DNA of 64,000 bases from Candidatus Microgenomates bacterium (GTDB lineage: Bacteria; Patescibacteriota; JACPGU01): NCBI GenBank assembly GCA_016188915.1, contig JACPGU010000003.1:73045-137044 (forward strand). The letters are read 5' to 3'. The translations under genes and the position numbers were made by a program. This document shows, piece after piece, positions 8,964 to 17,719 of this stretch. Numbering within the stretch: the stretch's first letter is position 1; every line of letters begins with the position of its first letter. The notes beneath the pieces are model-generated. The model saw nothing but the letters and a program-made list of their open reading frames with translations, was not told where the DNA came from and made no database searches.

Positions 8964-9212
8964 ATGGAAAAACCGATAGGGAAAATCACTCATTTTTACT
9001 CCGGTCTCATGGTGGGGATTATTGAGCTTTCGGGTGCGTTAAAGGTGGGCGATACGATCAAAATCAAAGGTGCCAACACCGATTTCGAACAGACGGTGGA
9101 CTCGATGCAAGTGGATCACAAAGATGTCCAATCGGCCAAAAAAGGCGATGTCATCGGCATCAAGGTGGTGGAAAAGGTCCACGAAGGGAATCTGGTTTTG
9201 CTGACGAAATAA
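8964..9212 (+). CDS. Small beta-barrel protein resembling EF-Tu domain-2-like fold (82 aa)
   Basis: RBS aaggaga. VGIIELSGALKVGDTIKIKGANTDFEQTVDSMQVDHKDVQSAKKGDVIGIKV resembles standalone translation-factor-like barrel proteins. Confidence 0.4.
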   Translation: MEKPIGKITHFYSGLMVGIIELSGALKVGDTIKIKGANTDFEQTVDSMQVDHKDVQSAKKGDVIGIKVVEKVHEGNLVLLTK

Positions 9213-9228
9213 AAGGAAATTTGACCAA

Positions 9229-9262
9229 AAAAAAGACGGGTGGTGTGCCCGTCTTTTTTGAA
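9229..9262 (+). terminator. Rho-independent terminator
   Basis: aaaaaaaagacgggtggtgtgcccgtcttttttg: GC stem gacggg/cccgtc with a T-tract. Confidence 0.75.
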
Positions 9263-9571
9263 ACACTAATGAAAAACGAGATTGTCTTAACCTTTTTTCT
9301 CTGTCGCTCTGAAACGATCCTGAAAGTCGCTGTAGTTCTCGTTGCCTCCTTTTGGGTGGATGACCTTCTCGCCTTCGTTTCCAGACATGATAATTACCGC
9401 CCTCTCCAAAAGAAATTTTTATTGAAACTACGCAGGTTCGATGTGGTCTGATTGTATTTATGGGTGTAGTGAATTTTTAACCCCATCGCGGGTAGCCCAC
9501 TATCGAGCCTGCCTTGATTTTATCTCTTCCTTTCCCCGAAAAATAAGGAAAAAGAGGAGAAAATACTATCC

Positions 9572-9602
9572 AGGCCTGTCGAGGGAGCACCTCGACAGGC
9601 CT
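9572..9602 (-). terminator. Perfect 13-bp hairpin; terminator for the giant minus-strand gene
   Basis: aggcctgtcgagg-gagca-cctcgacaggcct. Minus strand continues into a T-rich run (tattttctcctctttttcc). Confidence 0.6.
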
Positions 9603-9624
9603 AAACCAGTTAATTTCAGTCTTT

Positions 9625-12600
9625 CTATAGCCCCGTGAAATTAAGCATACTGTTTTTCTTGAGGTCAAGCGTGGTGCTAGCGGGGGAGAATCTAGCGTCC
9701 ATCTTCGATACTCCTACCTGCCAAAGCCCCGCTGGCAGAGTAATCTGATAGTAGCCGTTTCTGTTCGTGTAGGCGGAGATATTGAGCGGGCCGTTGAATT
9801 TCACCGCTACCCCCTGAATGGGCGTACCTCCTTTTTTCACATAGCCGTAGGCGAGATAGGTGGGTAGAGCGGTGAAATTGATTCGCTGATCGGTGATGGC
9901 GTTGTAAGAAATGGAATTGAAATAATAGCCATTTTTTGTGGCCATCAAACGGCCGGCGCCGGTTTCTGTGGGAAGAGAATAATAACCAGAGACATTCGTT
10001 ATTGCCCTTTCTTTGTCGTTGGAGATTACGACATTCGCCAAGGCTTTTCCATAGCGGTCTTTGACGAAACCGGTGATGGTGAGTTTGCGGACGGGGGTTA
10101 AAGTGAAATCTTGCAGACGCGTTCTGCCATCAGCCATAACGATATTGGAAACCAATCCGTACAGATAGCCATTTAGGTCAACCTGCACATGATAAACGCC
10201 GGTTGGCAGATTGGCTATGGTATAAAAACCAGCATCATCGGTGGTAGCGGTGAGGGTGGCAGTTTTGAGCGTCTTGACAGTAGCTCCTTTTAGCGGTTTT
10301 TTGCTTTCTCCGTCTATCACGAACCCGGAAATAGAATTTTTGCTAGCGATAATATAGTCGGCTGTTTGCACGGGAGATACCTCTTGAGTTGTTCTGTCTA
10401 TGGTCAGATATTTAATGGCCATGGTCTTGTTGACCGCGATTGGTTTGGCTGGATCGTATTTTGCGGATTGTTTCGTCGGTGTACCACCATTAGTAGTGTA
10501 GTAGATATCTATTGCTGTGCCAGCTGAATTTTTGAAAGTGGCCGTCACTGGTTGCGGATAGGTACCGGGGGAGTGGTTCAAGGTGAGTTGGCTAGGAGAG
10601 AAAACTTTTATTTTCAGAATCTCCACATTGTCAATTTTGTCAGAAGAGACCGCATAGCCTTCTCCTAGCATATCCTGCATTTTTCTGGCAAAGGGGGCTT
10701 TGTCGGCGTTATTAGCCCAGCGAGGTTGAAAAATAATCTCGGCATTATCTTTGGTAATGCCTTTCCATTTTTCCATACCAGCGAGAGTTTTATCTGCTTC
10801 ATCCAGTCGCAGAAGTTCCCCATATTTTTTGATTTGTTCTATTTTGCCACTTTCTTCGAGGGCTTTTTTCAGGCCATCGACACTTTCTATCGGTTGATTG
10901 CCATAATATATTTCGTGCAAACGATATTCATTTTTGCCACCATTTTTGATGGTCTGTAGAATATCAATAGAGCCCTTTTTTGGCTGTCCGGTCTTTTTCC
11001 AAATGTAGCTAAAAGGTTGTTCCAATTCTTTGGTTCCGGCCGTTAAAGCATCAAAACGTTTTAACTGAAAAAGGTAAGAAGCTTTGTTGGCTACGTCTTT
11101 CGCAATATTGTCTATTACAGAGCTGATACCGGGAATATCTTTGTTTTTGGCTATGATGCTAGCAAAATCTTCTAGCTCTTTGCCTTTATAGATCTCTTTT
11201 CTGACAATAGTATCTATGCTCTCTGCTGTCGCTTTGTTTATTTTTTGGAAATGCAGAAGAGCTTCATCTAGATGGTCTAACGCTTCTTTTTTTATCTCTA
11301 CTAATGTTTTTATGGTGCCAGACAGCTCTTTATCTACTTCGTCAATGTGTGGCAAGATATCATTAGCCCATTTTTCGCCCTCTTTGACCATTCTGGAAAA
11401 TGTAGTCAGCTTTATGCTCTTTGGCAAAATCTTAATGCCTTCTTTTATCACAGGGCGAAGACTGGCTTTTCCTACAATTCCTCCGATCAAAGGTAGCCCC
11501 AAAGAGATGATAATCTCGGCCGCTTTTTCTTCGTCGCTGGCCTTGCTTGACGACAAGAGGGTGACGTCTAGCCCCCAGTAGTCAAACGTAGGCAAAATCT
11601 CTTTGGCGGCGTAGTTGTCCATACCTATCACCTCAAAGGTGACTCTGCTATTGATTTTTGTTGACAAGGGATCATTTTTTGACATTACTGAAAAAGTTAC
11701 CTCTTTTTTGGATGAGGCATCAGGGGGAACTTTGTAAAACATATCTATTTCTCTGACCTCTCCTTTTTCCAGTTCAAATTCTAATTGTCCTTGTTTGTAA
11801 TCGCCGTCCCAGAATGAGCACTCGCTTATACCAAGATACCTAAATGGACTTTTACAGACTGCTTCAGGAAAACCGAAATAGATAGACGAATCGCCATTTG
11901 AACTGATAATCGCCGTATCCTTGGAGTCTCCGGCATTTATCACCTGTATTCTGACAGCTCCGTTTTTGCCATGACGATAGGGGATGTAGCCTATTTCATG
12001 GATATTTTGAGGGAAGGTTTGGTCTATCGGCAGATTGTCGGCAGTGGCATAGACGGGGTGGCCATCGATGGACTTATTTGTAAGTAAATCTTTGATATCT
12101 AATATATCAAAGAAATAATTTATGACTTTTTGCTTAACAACGATAGTGGCCGATTTGCTACTTGCCAATCCCGCGGTGTCTTTAACGGTAAGAGTAATAG
12201 TGTGAGAGCCTGCCGATAATTTGTCGATGCTCAAAAACCCACCCGAGCCAATCCGATTGCCATTATCTTGCCAGTAGTAGTCAATAATGGGGCCTTCTGC
12301 GTCGTGGCTAGTGGTAGCATTCAGGAGGATTGGAGTATTTTCATCTGGGCTTGATGGAGAAAAAGTAAAATCGGCGATAGGTGGTTGATTGATCGGCACC
12401 GGGTCAATAGATGGGTCTAAGCAGAAATTTAGCGTGATGGAATTGGAACGAGAGGTGACAAGGTTTTGGTTCCAATCTTCCCATTCTGTCCCCGACCAGG
12501 GTTGCATTTCGGCATAGATAGGGATGTTGTAGCAAGAGCCTGCTTTGTATTTGGTTTTATCTTCAATATTGAATCCAAAATTGGCTAACGCATAAGTATT

Positions 12601-13716
12601 CCCTTTGTCTGCAGAACCAAAAGGTTTGAGATAGAATTGATCGCCGGCATAATATTTTATCGTGACAGAATTTTCTTGTTTTTTCTCTACTGTTATATTA
12701 AGGCCGATACTCCCTCGACTAGTAACCGTAACTTCTTTGAGAGTGCTTTTATCTCCTGTGGCGTAGCCGAAGTAAATATTTGTCAAAGAATTGGCACCAC
12801 CTGTTATCGGTTGTGGGGTAACGGTCGTATCGGGTGGAGGCGGAGGATTGTCGTATGTTTCTATGGTCACTTGGTCTGAAGATGTCCTCCCCAGTGTGTC
12901 TTTGACAGTAAGAGTTACGATATGTGTGCCAACGGTAGCAAAAAAGTATAATTTGTAATTACCAGAAGTAAGCGATACGCCATTTTCCGTCCAAGTATAT
13001 TCTGTTATTGGATAACGAGAGTCGTATTGGCTTTTGGTTCCATCAAATATCGCAGAAATAGTCTTAGCTATTTTTTGATCCGACCCAGCATTAGCTAGTA
13101 ATGAGATTGGTGGAGGAGGGGTTGTGTCTTCTACTTTTATATTAATGAGTTTTACATTCCATCCTTGCTGATCGGTACTGACAGTAGAGCCAGTAGCCGG
13201 ATATCTTTTGTATGTATCTGGGTTATAATTACTACGTGGCCACTTATCTTTCGCATGCATAGCTACTCTGTATTTAATAATTTGGTTGCCTGTTTGGGTT
13301 GCCCTAAATGTTAAGCTATATGAACGAGAGTAGCTCGTTAATGGATCGCCGCTTCCTTCATAAGAATATAATTTTTCGGTAGATAGTAGGTTTTGCTCAT
13401 CAGAGCCACTGTGATATAAAAGACTTGACTCTTTGTAATAAAACCATTGTCCCCCGTCACTATTTTTGTAACTGCTCTCTACGGCCAATCCTGCCGTGTA
13501 GCTAACATCAAGGAAATAAGGAGAGGCAGAACCCCCTGTATTCGAGACAGTAAAAGAGATAATTTTGGCTTTACCCTTTTCGATAGTAAAGACGGAGTCG
13601 GTATTGACTGTCACCATTGGTATCGGCTCCTCGTACGCTTTTGCTGGCAGTATCGGTGGGAAAAGAGAAGATACCATCATTCCCGTAAGCAAAAAAATAC
13701 CCGCCTTTTTAACCAT
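9625..13716 (-). CDS. Giant secreted multi-domain surface protein (1363 aa): signal peptide, 2 PKD-like domains, chitobiase/Fn3-like domain, 3 carboxypeptidase-regulatory-like domains
   Basis: Start MVKKAGIFLLTG... (ATG 13716). PKD-like segments (IADFTFSPS...HTITLTVKDTAG; ...HIVTLTVKDTLG). CHB_HEX_C-like segment (DIYYTTNGGTPT). Three CarboxypepD_reg-like repeats (ISGFVIDGES...GVYHV; ITGFVKDRYG...; YGYVKKGG...). Confidence 0.7.
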   Translation of the reverse strand: MVKKAGIFLLTGMMVSSLFPPILPAKAYEEPIPMVTVNTDSVFTIEKGKAKIISFTVSNTGGSASPYFLDVSYTAGLAVESSYKNSDGGQWFYYKESSLLYHSGSDEQNLLSTEKLYSYEGSGDPLTSYSRSYSLTFRATQTGNQIIKYRVAMHAKDKWPRSNYNPDTYKRYPATGSTVSTDQQGWNVKLINIKVEDTTPPPPISLLANAGSDQKIAKTISAIFDGTKSQYDSRYPITEYTWTENGVSLTSGNYKLYFFATVGTHIVTLTVKDTLGRTSSDQVTIETYDNPPPPPDTTVTPQPITGGANSLTNIYFGYATGDKSTLKEVTVTSRGSIGLNITVEKKQENSVTIKYYAGDQFYLKPFGSADKGNTYALANFGFNIEDKTKYKAGSCYNIPIYAEMQPWSGTEWEDWNQNLVTSRSNSITLNFCLDPSIDPVPINQPPIADFTFSPSSPDENTPILLNATTSHDAEGPIIDYYWQDNGNRIGSGGFLSIDKLSAGSHTITLTVKDTAGLASSKSATIVVKQKVINYFFDILDIKDLLTNKSIDGHPVYATADNLPIDQTFPQNIHEIGYIPYRHGKNGAVRIQVINAGDSKDTAIISSNGDSSIYFGFPEAVCKSPFRYLGISECSFWDGDYKQGQLEFELEKGEVREIDMFYKVPPDASSKKEVTFSVMSKNDPLSTKINSRVTFEVIGMDNYAAKEILPTFDYWGLDVTLLSSSKASDEEKAAEIIISLGLPLIGGIVGKASLRPVIKEGIKILPKSIKLTTFSRMVKEGEKWANDILPHIDEVDKELSGTIKTLVEIKKEALDHLDEALLHFQKINKATAESIDTIVRKEIYKGKELEDFASIIAKNKDIPGISSVIDNIAKDVANKASYLFQLKRFDALTAGTKELEQPFSYIWKKTGQPKKGSIDILQTIKNGGKNEYRLHEIYYGNQPIESVDGLKKALEESGKIEQIKKYGELLRLDEADKTLAGMEKWKGITKDNAEIIFQPRWANNADKAPFARKMQDMLGEGYAVSSDKIDNVEILKIKVFSPSQLTLNHSPGTYPQPVTATFKNSAGTAIDIYYTTNGGTPTKQSAKYDPAKPIAVNKTMAIKYLTIDRTTQEVSPVQTADYIIASKNSISGFVIDGESKKPLKGATVKTLKTATLTATTDDAGFYTIANLPTGVYHVQVDLNGYLYGLVSNIVMADGRTRLQDFTLTPVRKLTITGFVKDRYGKALANVVISNDKERAITNVSGYYSLPTETGAGRLMATKNGYYFNSISYNAITDQRINFTALPTYLAYGYVKKGGTPIQGVAVKFNGPLNISAYTNRNGYYQITLPAGLWQVGVSKMDARFSPASTTLDLKKNSMLNFTGL

Positions 13717-13819
13717 TGGCGGGTGAAACTTTCTTTTGACACAGGAGAGAGAGCCTCCTAGAATTCCCCAGATTGGATGTTTTTTTCCTGACATAAGATC
13801 TCCTTTCTTTCGGTTAGTT

Positions 13820-14080
13820 TTATTCTAATTTTTCTCCGAAAATTTTGCCGCATTCCAGATGAAAACTCCACAAGTGTTTCTGGCAATGAGGGCAGGAGCG
13901 TTCCAGAATACGGGCTTTTTTCTGGTGGCAGGCAGGACAGCTCTCTCCTTCTTTCAAATCGGTAGCCGTCGCTGTGACGCAATGGGCGACTTTGTGATAA
14001 TGGTTTTTACAAGCGGGGCAAGTAATAATATTGGTCGGTTGAGTCGGTTGTTTGCAAGTAGCGCAAAGAGTGTCGCTCAT
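13820..14080 (-). CDS. Multi-CxxC zinc-finger protein (87 aa)
   Basis: MSDTLCATCKQPT...CPACKNHYHKVAHC...CPACH...CPHCQKH. Four CxxC pairs plus His, treble-clef/PHD-like. Confidence 0.5.
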   Translation of the reverse strand: MSDTLCATCKQPTQPTNIITCPACKNHYHKVAHCVTATATDLKEGESCPACHQKKARILERSCPHCQKHLWSFHLECGKIFGEKLE

Positions 14081-14180
14081 AACGCTGATATTATTTTTTC
14101 TTCCAGTATAATGAAGCTCAAAAAGAAAACAAAGGAAAAAATAGAGAAAAAAAATCGTCCTCTTGTTGAGGGCGATTTTT

Positions 14181-16028
14181 TTAGAATTTTTCTTCAGCAA
14201 TGTATATTCCCAGTCCAGGCTCCAATTTGACCGAAAAATCAACCGCGCTACCGCTCATAGAAAGCTTCAGTTTTTTGCCTAAATGTTTCTCTAATGTTTT
14301 ATTGAGCGGACTAATGATTTTGCTTTGGAATTCGCTTCTGTCTGATGCGTAGGAAGAAGGAGGGAATTTTTTGTGAGAAACCCACTTTTTTATTTCACTA
14401 ATCAAGATGGTCAAAATAGCAATAGTTTCTCGCGAGGTGTAGATTTCTTTGGAGGTGATTTTTTTACCGCGAATGAAGATATCATTTTCACTGGCGTCCA
14501 ATACAATATCGGCGGTGGCGCGAGTGGTCTCGTATTCTTCTTTGGTTTGTGTCTGGATTTGTGTTGATCCATCGGTGGACAAATGAGTTATTTTGACCGC
14601 TCCGGCAGAAATATAATCAGAATAAATTTTGTGATCAAGACATTGTTCAATAGTTACGCCTTCTTTGCCTATGCCGTCCAGCCAAGATAGGTATTGGATG
14701 CTCAAAGTTTTTTCTTTGGTATTTTTGCGCAATTTTTCGATAATGCTGTCTATGTTATCTCTCAGCCCACGGTAGGGGGCGACGAAAAGAACAGGCCCCT
14801 TTTTGCCCGGACCGCTCATCTTGCATCCTACCGGCTCGTCTAATTTATTAGCCTCATGGAGCATAATATTGCAAATATAATTGAGTTTTTCTGATGAAAC
14901 ATTGAACAGGGCCAGAGCGTTTTGGCTGGCGTTGATGGCTTCCGCTAATTCTTTGAAATTAGGGTCTGAGGCTCCCAAGTTCAAAAGATTGTAGAGACAG
15001 ACAAAAACTTCTACGGCGGTGGCGTTGACGGCGCGGACGTAGTTCCTGAAAACGGCGTCTTTGACATCCAGGCTCCTGGCCAATAGTCCTGACGGAAAAG
15101 CATTGGCTATTTTTCCTATTTTTTTTCTAGCCGAAGAGTAGGTTTTTTCTAGTTCGTTTTCAAAATCAGCGATGGAGCGAATGACATTAGCTGCCGGCAT
15201 ATAGTCTCCGGAATAAATGATGCCAAAATCAATAGGCCAATCTCCGGAGATACCACCTAGCTCGTCAAGTGACAGGCCACGATAGGCGAATTGATCATAG
15301 AGATCTAGCGATTTGCTATAGGCGGGCAATCTTGCTCCGTGAGTCGGCGTTTCGCGACCTTCTCTTTTTTCGGTGAAAAATATGATAGGATAGGCGCTTT
15401 TGACACAAGAGGCGAAGACAGAGCTTCCCGCCGAAGCTCCACCGTGAAAAATAGCCTCAAATTTGCAAGCAAAGCGAAAAATAGTATTAAAATCTGTATC
15501 GTGAGGCAATTCGGAGACAGGGCGTTGATTGATTTCTTCAACTACGGAAGGCTCTATTTGTTTGGCAAAAAGCAAAATACTGGTTGCCAGCGTTACGGCA
15601 AAAGTGGCGGAAGTATTGTAGCCGTTGGCGACAGGAGCTTCTATGATATAAAAATATGAAAGCCCCTGATATCTATCTCCCAGGACATCTTCCAGATATT
15701 TTTTGGTGAGCGCGGAGAGTTTCTCATGGGCTTCGGCGTATAGTATTTTTGAAAGGACTATTTTGTCAAAACATTGCTTAGCGGGGTTGAAGACATAACC
15801 TCCGCCATCAGAAACGGAGCCATCATCGGTTGGTTTGAGGCCAATATACACTTTTAAGGGCACTTTTTGAAAGATGCCCAGTCCACCATATAGAATAGCG
15901 TATTCTCCCGCAATCCAAAAAGCGCCCGACGCGGAAGTGGCGATCGAGCACTTGGAAAAAAACTCCTGATATATTTCAGGAAACGATTCCTGTAAGCTTT
16001 CGCTGTTCATGGGAATACGACTTTCCAT
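14181..16028 (-). CDS. GHMP-kinase-family protein with ~200-aa C-terminal extension of unknown function (615 aa)
   Basis: Motif 1 ATSASGAFWIAGEYAILYGG, motif 2 PVANGYNTSATFAV, motif 3 CKMSGPGKKGP, matching mevalonate/galacto-kinase-type GHMP motifs. The last ~200 aa have no recognisable family. Confidence 0.6.
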   Translation of the reverse strand: MESRIPMNSESLQESFPEIYQEFFSKCSIATSASGAFWIAGEYAILYGGLGIFQKVPLKVYIGLKPTDDGSVSDGGGYVFNPAKQCFDKIVLSKILYAEAHEKLSALTKKYLEDVLGDRYQGLSYFYIIEAPVANGYNTSATFAVTLATSILLFAKQIEPSVVEEINQRPVSELPHDTDFNTIFRFACKFEAIFHGGASAGSSVFASCVKSAYPIIFFTEKREGRETPTHGARLPAYSKSLDLYDQFAYRGLSLDELGGISGDWPIDFGIIYSGDYMPAANVIRSIADFENELEKTYSSARKKIGKIANAFPSGLLARSLDVKDAVFRNYVRAVNATAVEVFVCLYNLLNLGASDPNFKELAEAINASQNALALFNVSSEKLNYICNIMLHEANKLDEPVGCKMSGPGKKGPVLFVAPYRGLRDNIDSIIEKLRKNTKEKTLSIQYLSWLDGIGKEGVTIEQCLDHKIYSDYISAGAVKITHLSTDGSTQIQTQTKEEYETTRATADIVLDASENDIFIRGKKITSKEIYTSRETIAILTILISEIKKWVSHKKFPPSSYASDRSEFQSKIISPLNKTLEKHLGKKLKLSMSGSAVDFSVKLEPGLGIYIAEEKF

Positions 16029-16149
16029 ATTACGAGCATAGCATAACTAAAAGTGAATGTAAAGGGTTCCACTTTTTCTTTTTCGCTTGATAAAGCTATT
16101 TTGGCAAAGTCGGACTTTGCCGAGGGGAACTTTGCCGAGGAGAAGGAAA

Positions 16150-16300
16150 AACCCTCTTGCTTTTTGGTAAAAATTGTGCTACATTGAATACGTTAAATCT
16201 GTCTAGGCGACAGCGAAAAACCCTGCCTCTTGTGAGAAGCGGGGTTTTTCATGTCTTATCGCTAGGACACGACGTTCGACATCGTGTCCTAGCGAGCTTC
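16150..16300 (+). promoter_or_regulatory. Structured intergenic region: promoter-like element, short transcript ending in an intrinsic terminator (16221-16249), and a 14-bp-stem palindrome (16259-16295)
   Basis: Extended -10-like tgctacatt at 16177-16185. Hairpin ccctgc-ctcttgtgagaa-gcgggg then ttttt. Perfect palindrome tcgctaggacacga-cgttcgaca-tcgtgtcctagcga. Second promoter ttgtca...tgctatgat ahead of ORF 16366. Confidence 0.35.
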
Positions 16301-16365
16301 ATCTTTTATCTTGTCAAAAGACAGCGCTTTGCTATGATGGAGATAATACAAATAAAAAAATACTC

Positions 16366-17190
16366 ATGAAAAAGATAGTTCTTTTCTCTATCGGGATTTT
16401 GCTGGCTTCAGCGTCCCTGTTTGTCGTCCCAGCCCAAGCCTATATCTCCGGTTATGCTTACGAATTCGTAGATCAGTCGGTCTATCCGACCAATCTTAAT
16501 CCTAACGAAACGACCAATGTTTGGATTGAAATAAAAAATATTGGCACTGCCACTTGGCGCAACAGCGGTGATTATCCGATTCGCCTGGGCGCCGGCTCGG
16601 AATACGGCAACGAGAATCAACAAAGAGATTATTCTTCCGAATTTTATGATTCGGCCACCTGGCTTTCCGCCAATCGTCCGACCGCTATTTTACATCCGGA
16701 GATTCGTCCAGGTTGGCACACTAGATTTCAATTCAATATCAAAGCGCCTAGTAATAATGGTACCTACAAAGCCTACTTTACTCCGGTGGTGGACGGCAAG
16801 GCTTGGATGAAAGACATCGGTATCTTTTGGCAACTTACGGTGGGTAGCACGGATAATTCTGACACTAATAATACGAATAATCAGAACACCAATAACACGA
16901 ATCAGTCGGGGGCAAATATCACGGTCACCTCTCTTACTTTGAGCCCCACCGCTCCCTTGACTATCAGAACTGGCGATACTTACAATTACACTTTGACTGC
17001 CATTTATTCTGACGGTTCCCAACAGGATGTGACGAGCATTGCGGTTTGGGATGTTTCTTATGACACTGGCACGGGCAATGTCTATCCGGCGGGTCGTTTC
17101 ATCGCCGGATCAATGGGTACTTGCTGGGTGACAGCCACATTCGGCGGGAAGAGCATAAAGTCGGCCTTGATTACGATAGCGGGGTTGTAG
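16366..17190 (+). CDS. Secreted protein: signal peptide, conserved ~130-aa N-terminal domain (paralogous to N-terminus of 21390..24941), Asn/Thr-rich linker, C-terminal Big_2 (bacterial Ig-like) domain
   Basis: Signal MKKIVLFSIGILLASASLFVVPAQA. NVWIEIKNIGTATW...RDYSSEF...ANRP.AILHPEIR.GWHTRFQF.IKAP...GTYKAYFTPVVDG..WMKDIGI.WQLTV is shared with the 21390 product. C-terminal ...YTLTAIYSDGSQQDVTSIAVW resembles Big_2. Confidence 0.7.
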   Translation: MKKIVLFSIGILLASASLFVVPAQAYISGYAYEFVDQSVYPTNLNPNETTNVWIEIKNIGTATWRNSGDYPIRLGAGSEYGNENQQRDYSSEFYDSATWLSANRPTAILHPEIRPGWHTRFQFNIKAPSNNGTYKAYFTPVVDGKAWMKDIGIFWQLTVGSTDNSDTNNTNNQNTNNTNQSGANITVTSLTLSPTAPLTIRTGDTYNYTLTAIYSDGSQQDVTSIAVWDVSYDTGTGNVYPAGRFIAGSMGTCWVTATFGGKSIKSALITIAGL

Positions 17191-17195
17191 GACTA

Positions 17196-17700
17196 CTACG
17201 AATTACGAATAAATACCGAATTTACAAATTACGAATTCATAAATTGTATACAAACATACAAATGCAGGACAAGGCATTTAGCGGTGACAAAGTAATTTAT
17301 CCCGAGCTAAGCTATGAAATAATGGGCTGTATCTTTGATGTCTATAACGAAGTTGGCCATGGTTTTTCTGAAAAACACTACTATGGCGCAATCGAAAAAG
17401 CCTTTGTCGCAAAGGGGTTTTTATGCAAAAAACAAGTATATGCCAAATTAGTTTATGATAATAATATTGTGGGTAAATTTTTTTTAGATTTTTTAATAAA
17501 TGATAAGATCGTGGTTGAATTAAAAATAGGAGAATATTATGGTAGAAAAAATATTGATCAAGTTTATCAATACTTAAGAGTTAACGATTTGCGATTGGGG
17601 ATACTTGTGAATTTTACTCGTTCTGGTGTAAGATATAAAAGAATAGTCAATATTGTTTAATTCGTAATTTGTAAATTCGGTATTTATTCGTAATTCGTAG
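17196..17700 (+). mobile_element. 505-bp cassette: GxxExxY/PD-(D/E)xK gene bracketed by perfect 42-bp terminal inverted repeats
   Basis: IR-L 17196-17237 (ctacgaattacgaataaataccgaatttacaaattacgaatt) is the exact reverse complement of IR-R 17659-17700. The cassette sits between the stop of 16366..17190 and the RBS of 17720..18337. Confidence 0.6.
17262..17660 (+). CDS. GxxExxY-family (PF13366, PD-(D/E)xK nuclease fold) protein, 132 aa
   Basis: YPELSYEIMGCIFDVYNEVGHGFSEKHY...DFLINDKIVVELKIGEYYG matches the family often found in 23S rRNA intervening sequences. The upstream part of ORF 17121.. is read-through of the IR, not coding. Confidence 0.7.
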   Translation: MQDKAFSGDKVIYPELSYEIMGCIFDVYNEVGHGFSEKHYYGAIEKAFVAKGFLCKKQVYAKLVYDNNIVGKFFLDFLINDKIVVELKIGEYYGRKNIDQVYQYLRVNDLRLGILVNFTRSGVRYKRIVNIV

Positions 17701-17719
17701 GAATAGATGGGAGGTTATC

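Noticed and set aside
13859-14230. Plus-strand ORF 13859..14230 opposite the zinc-finger gene
   Set aside because: The minus-strand reading gives a coherent multi-CxxC protein (start 14080) within a co-directional operon. The plus-strand product is low-complexity.
17121-17261. N-terminal 47 codons of ORF 17121..17660
   Set aside because: Translation of the left 42-bp inverted repeat and flank. The real GxxExxY start is the ATG at 17262.
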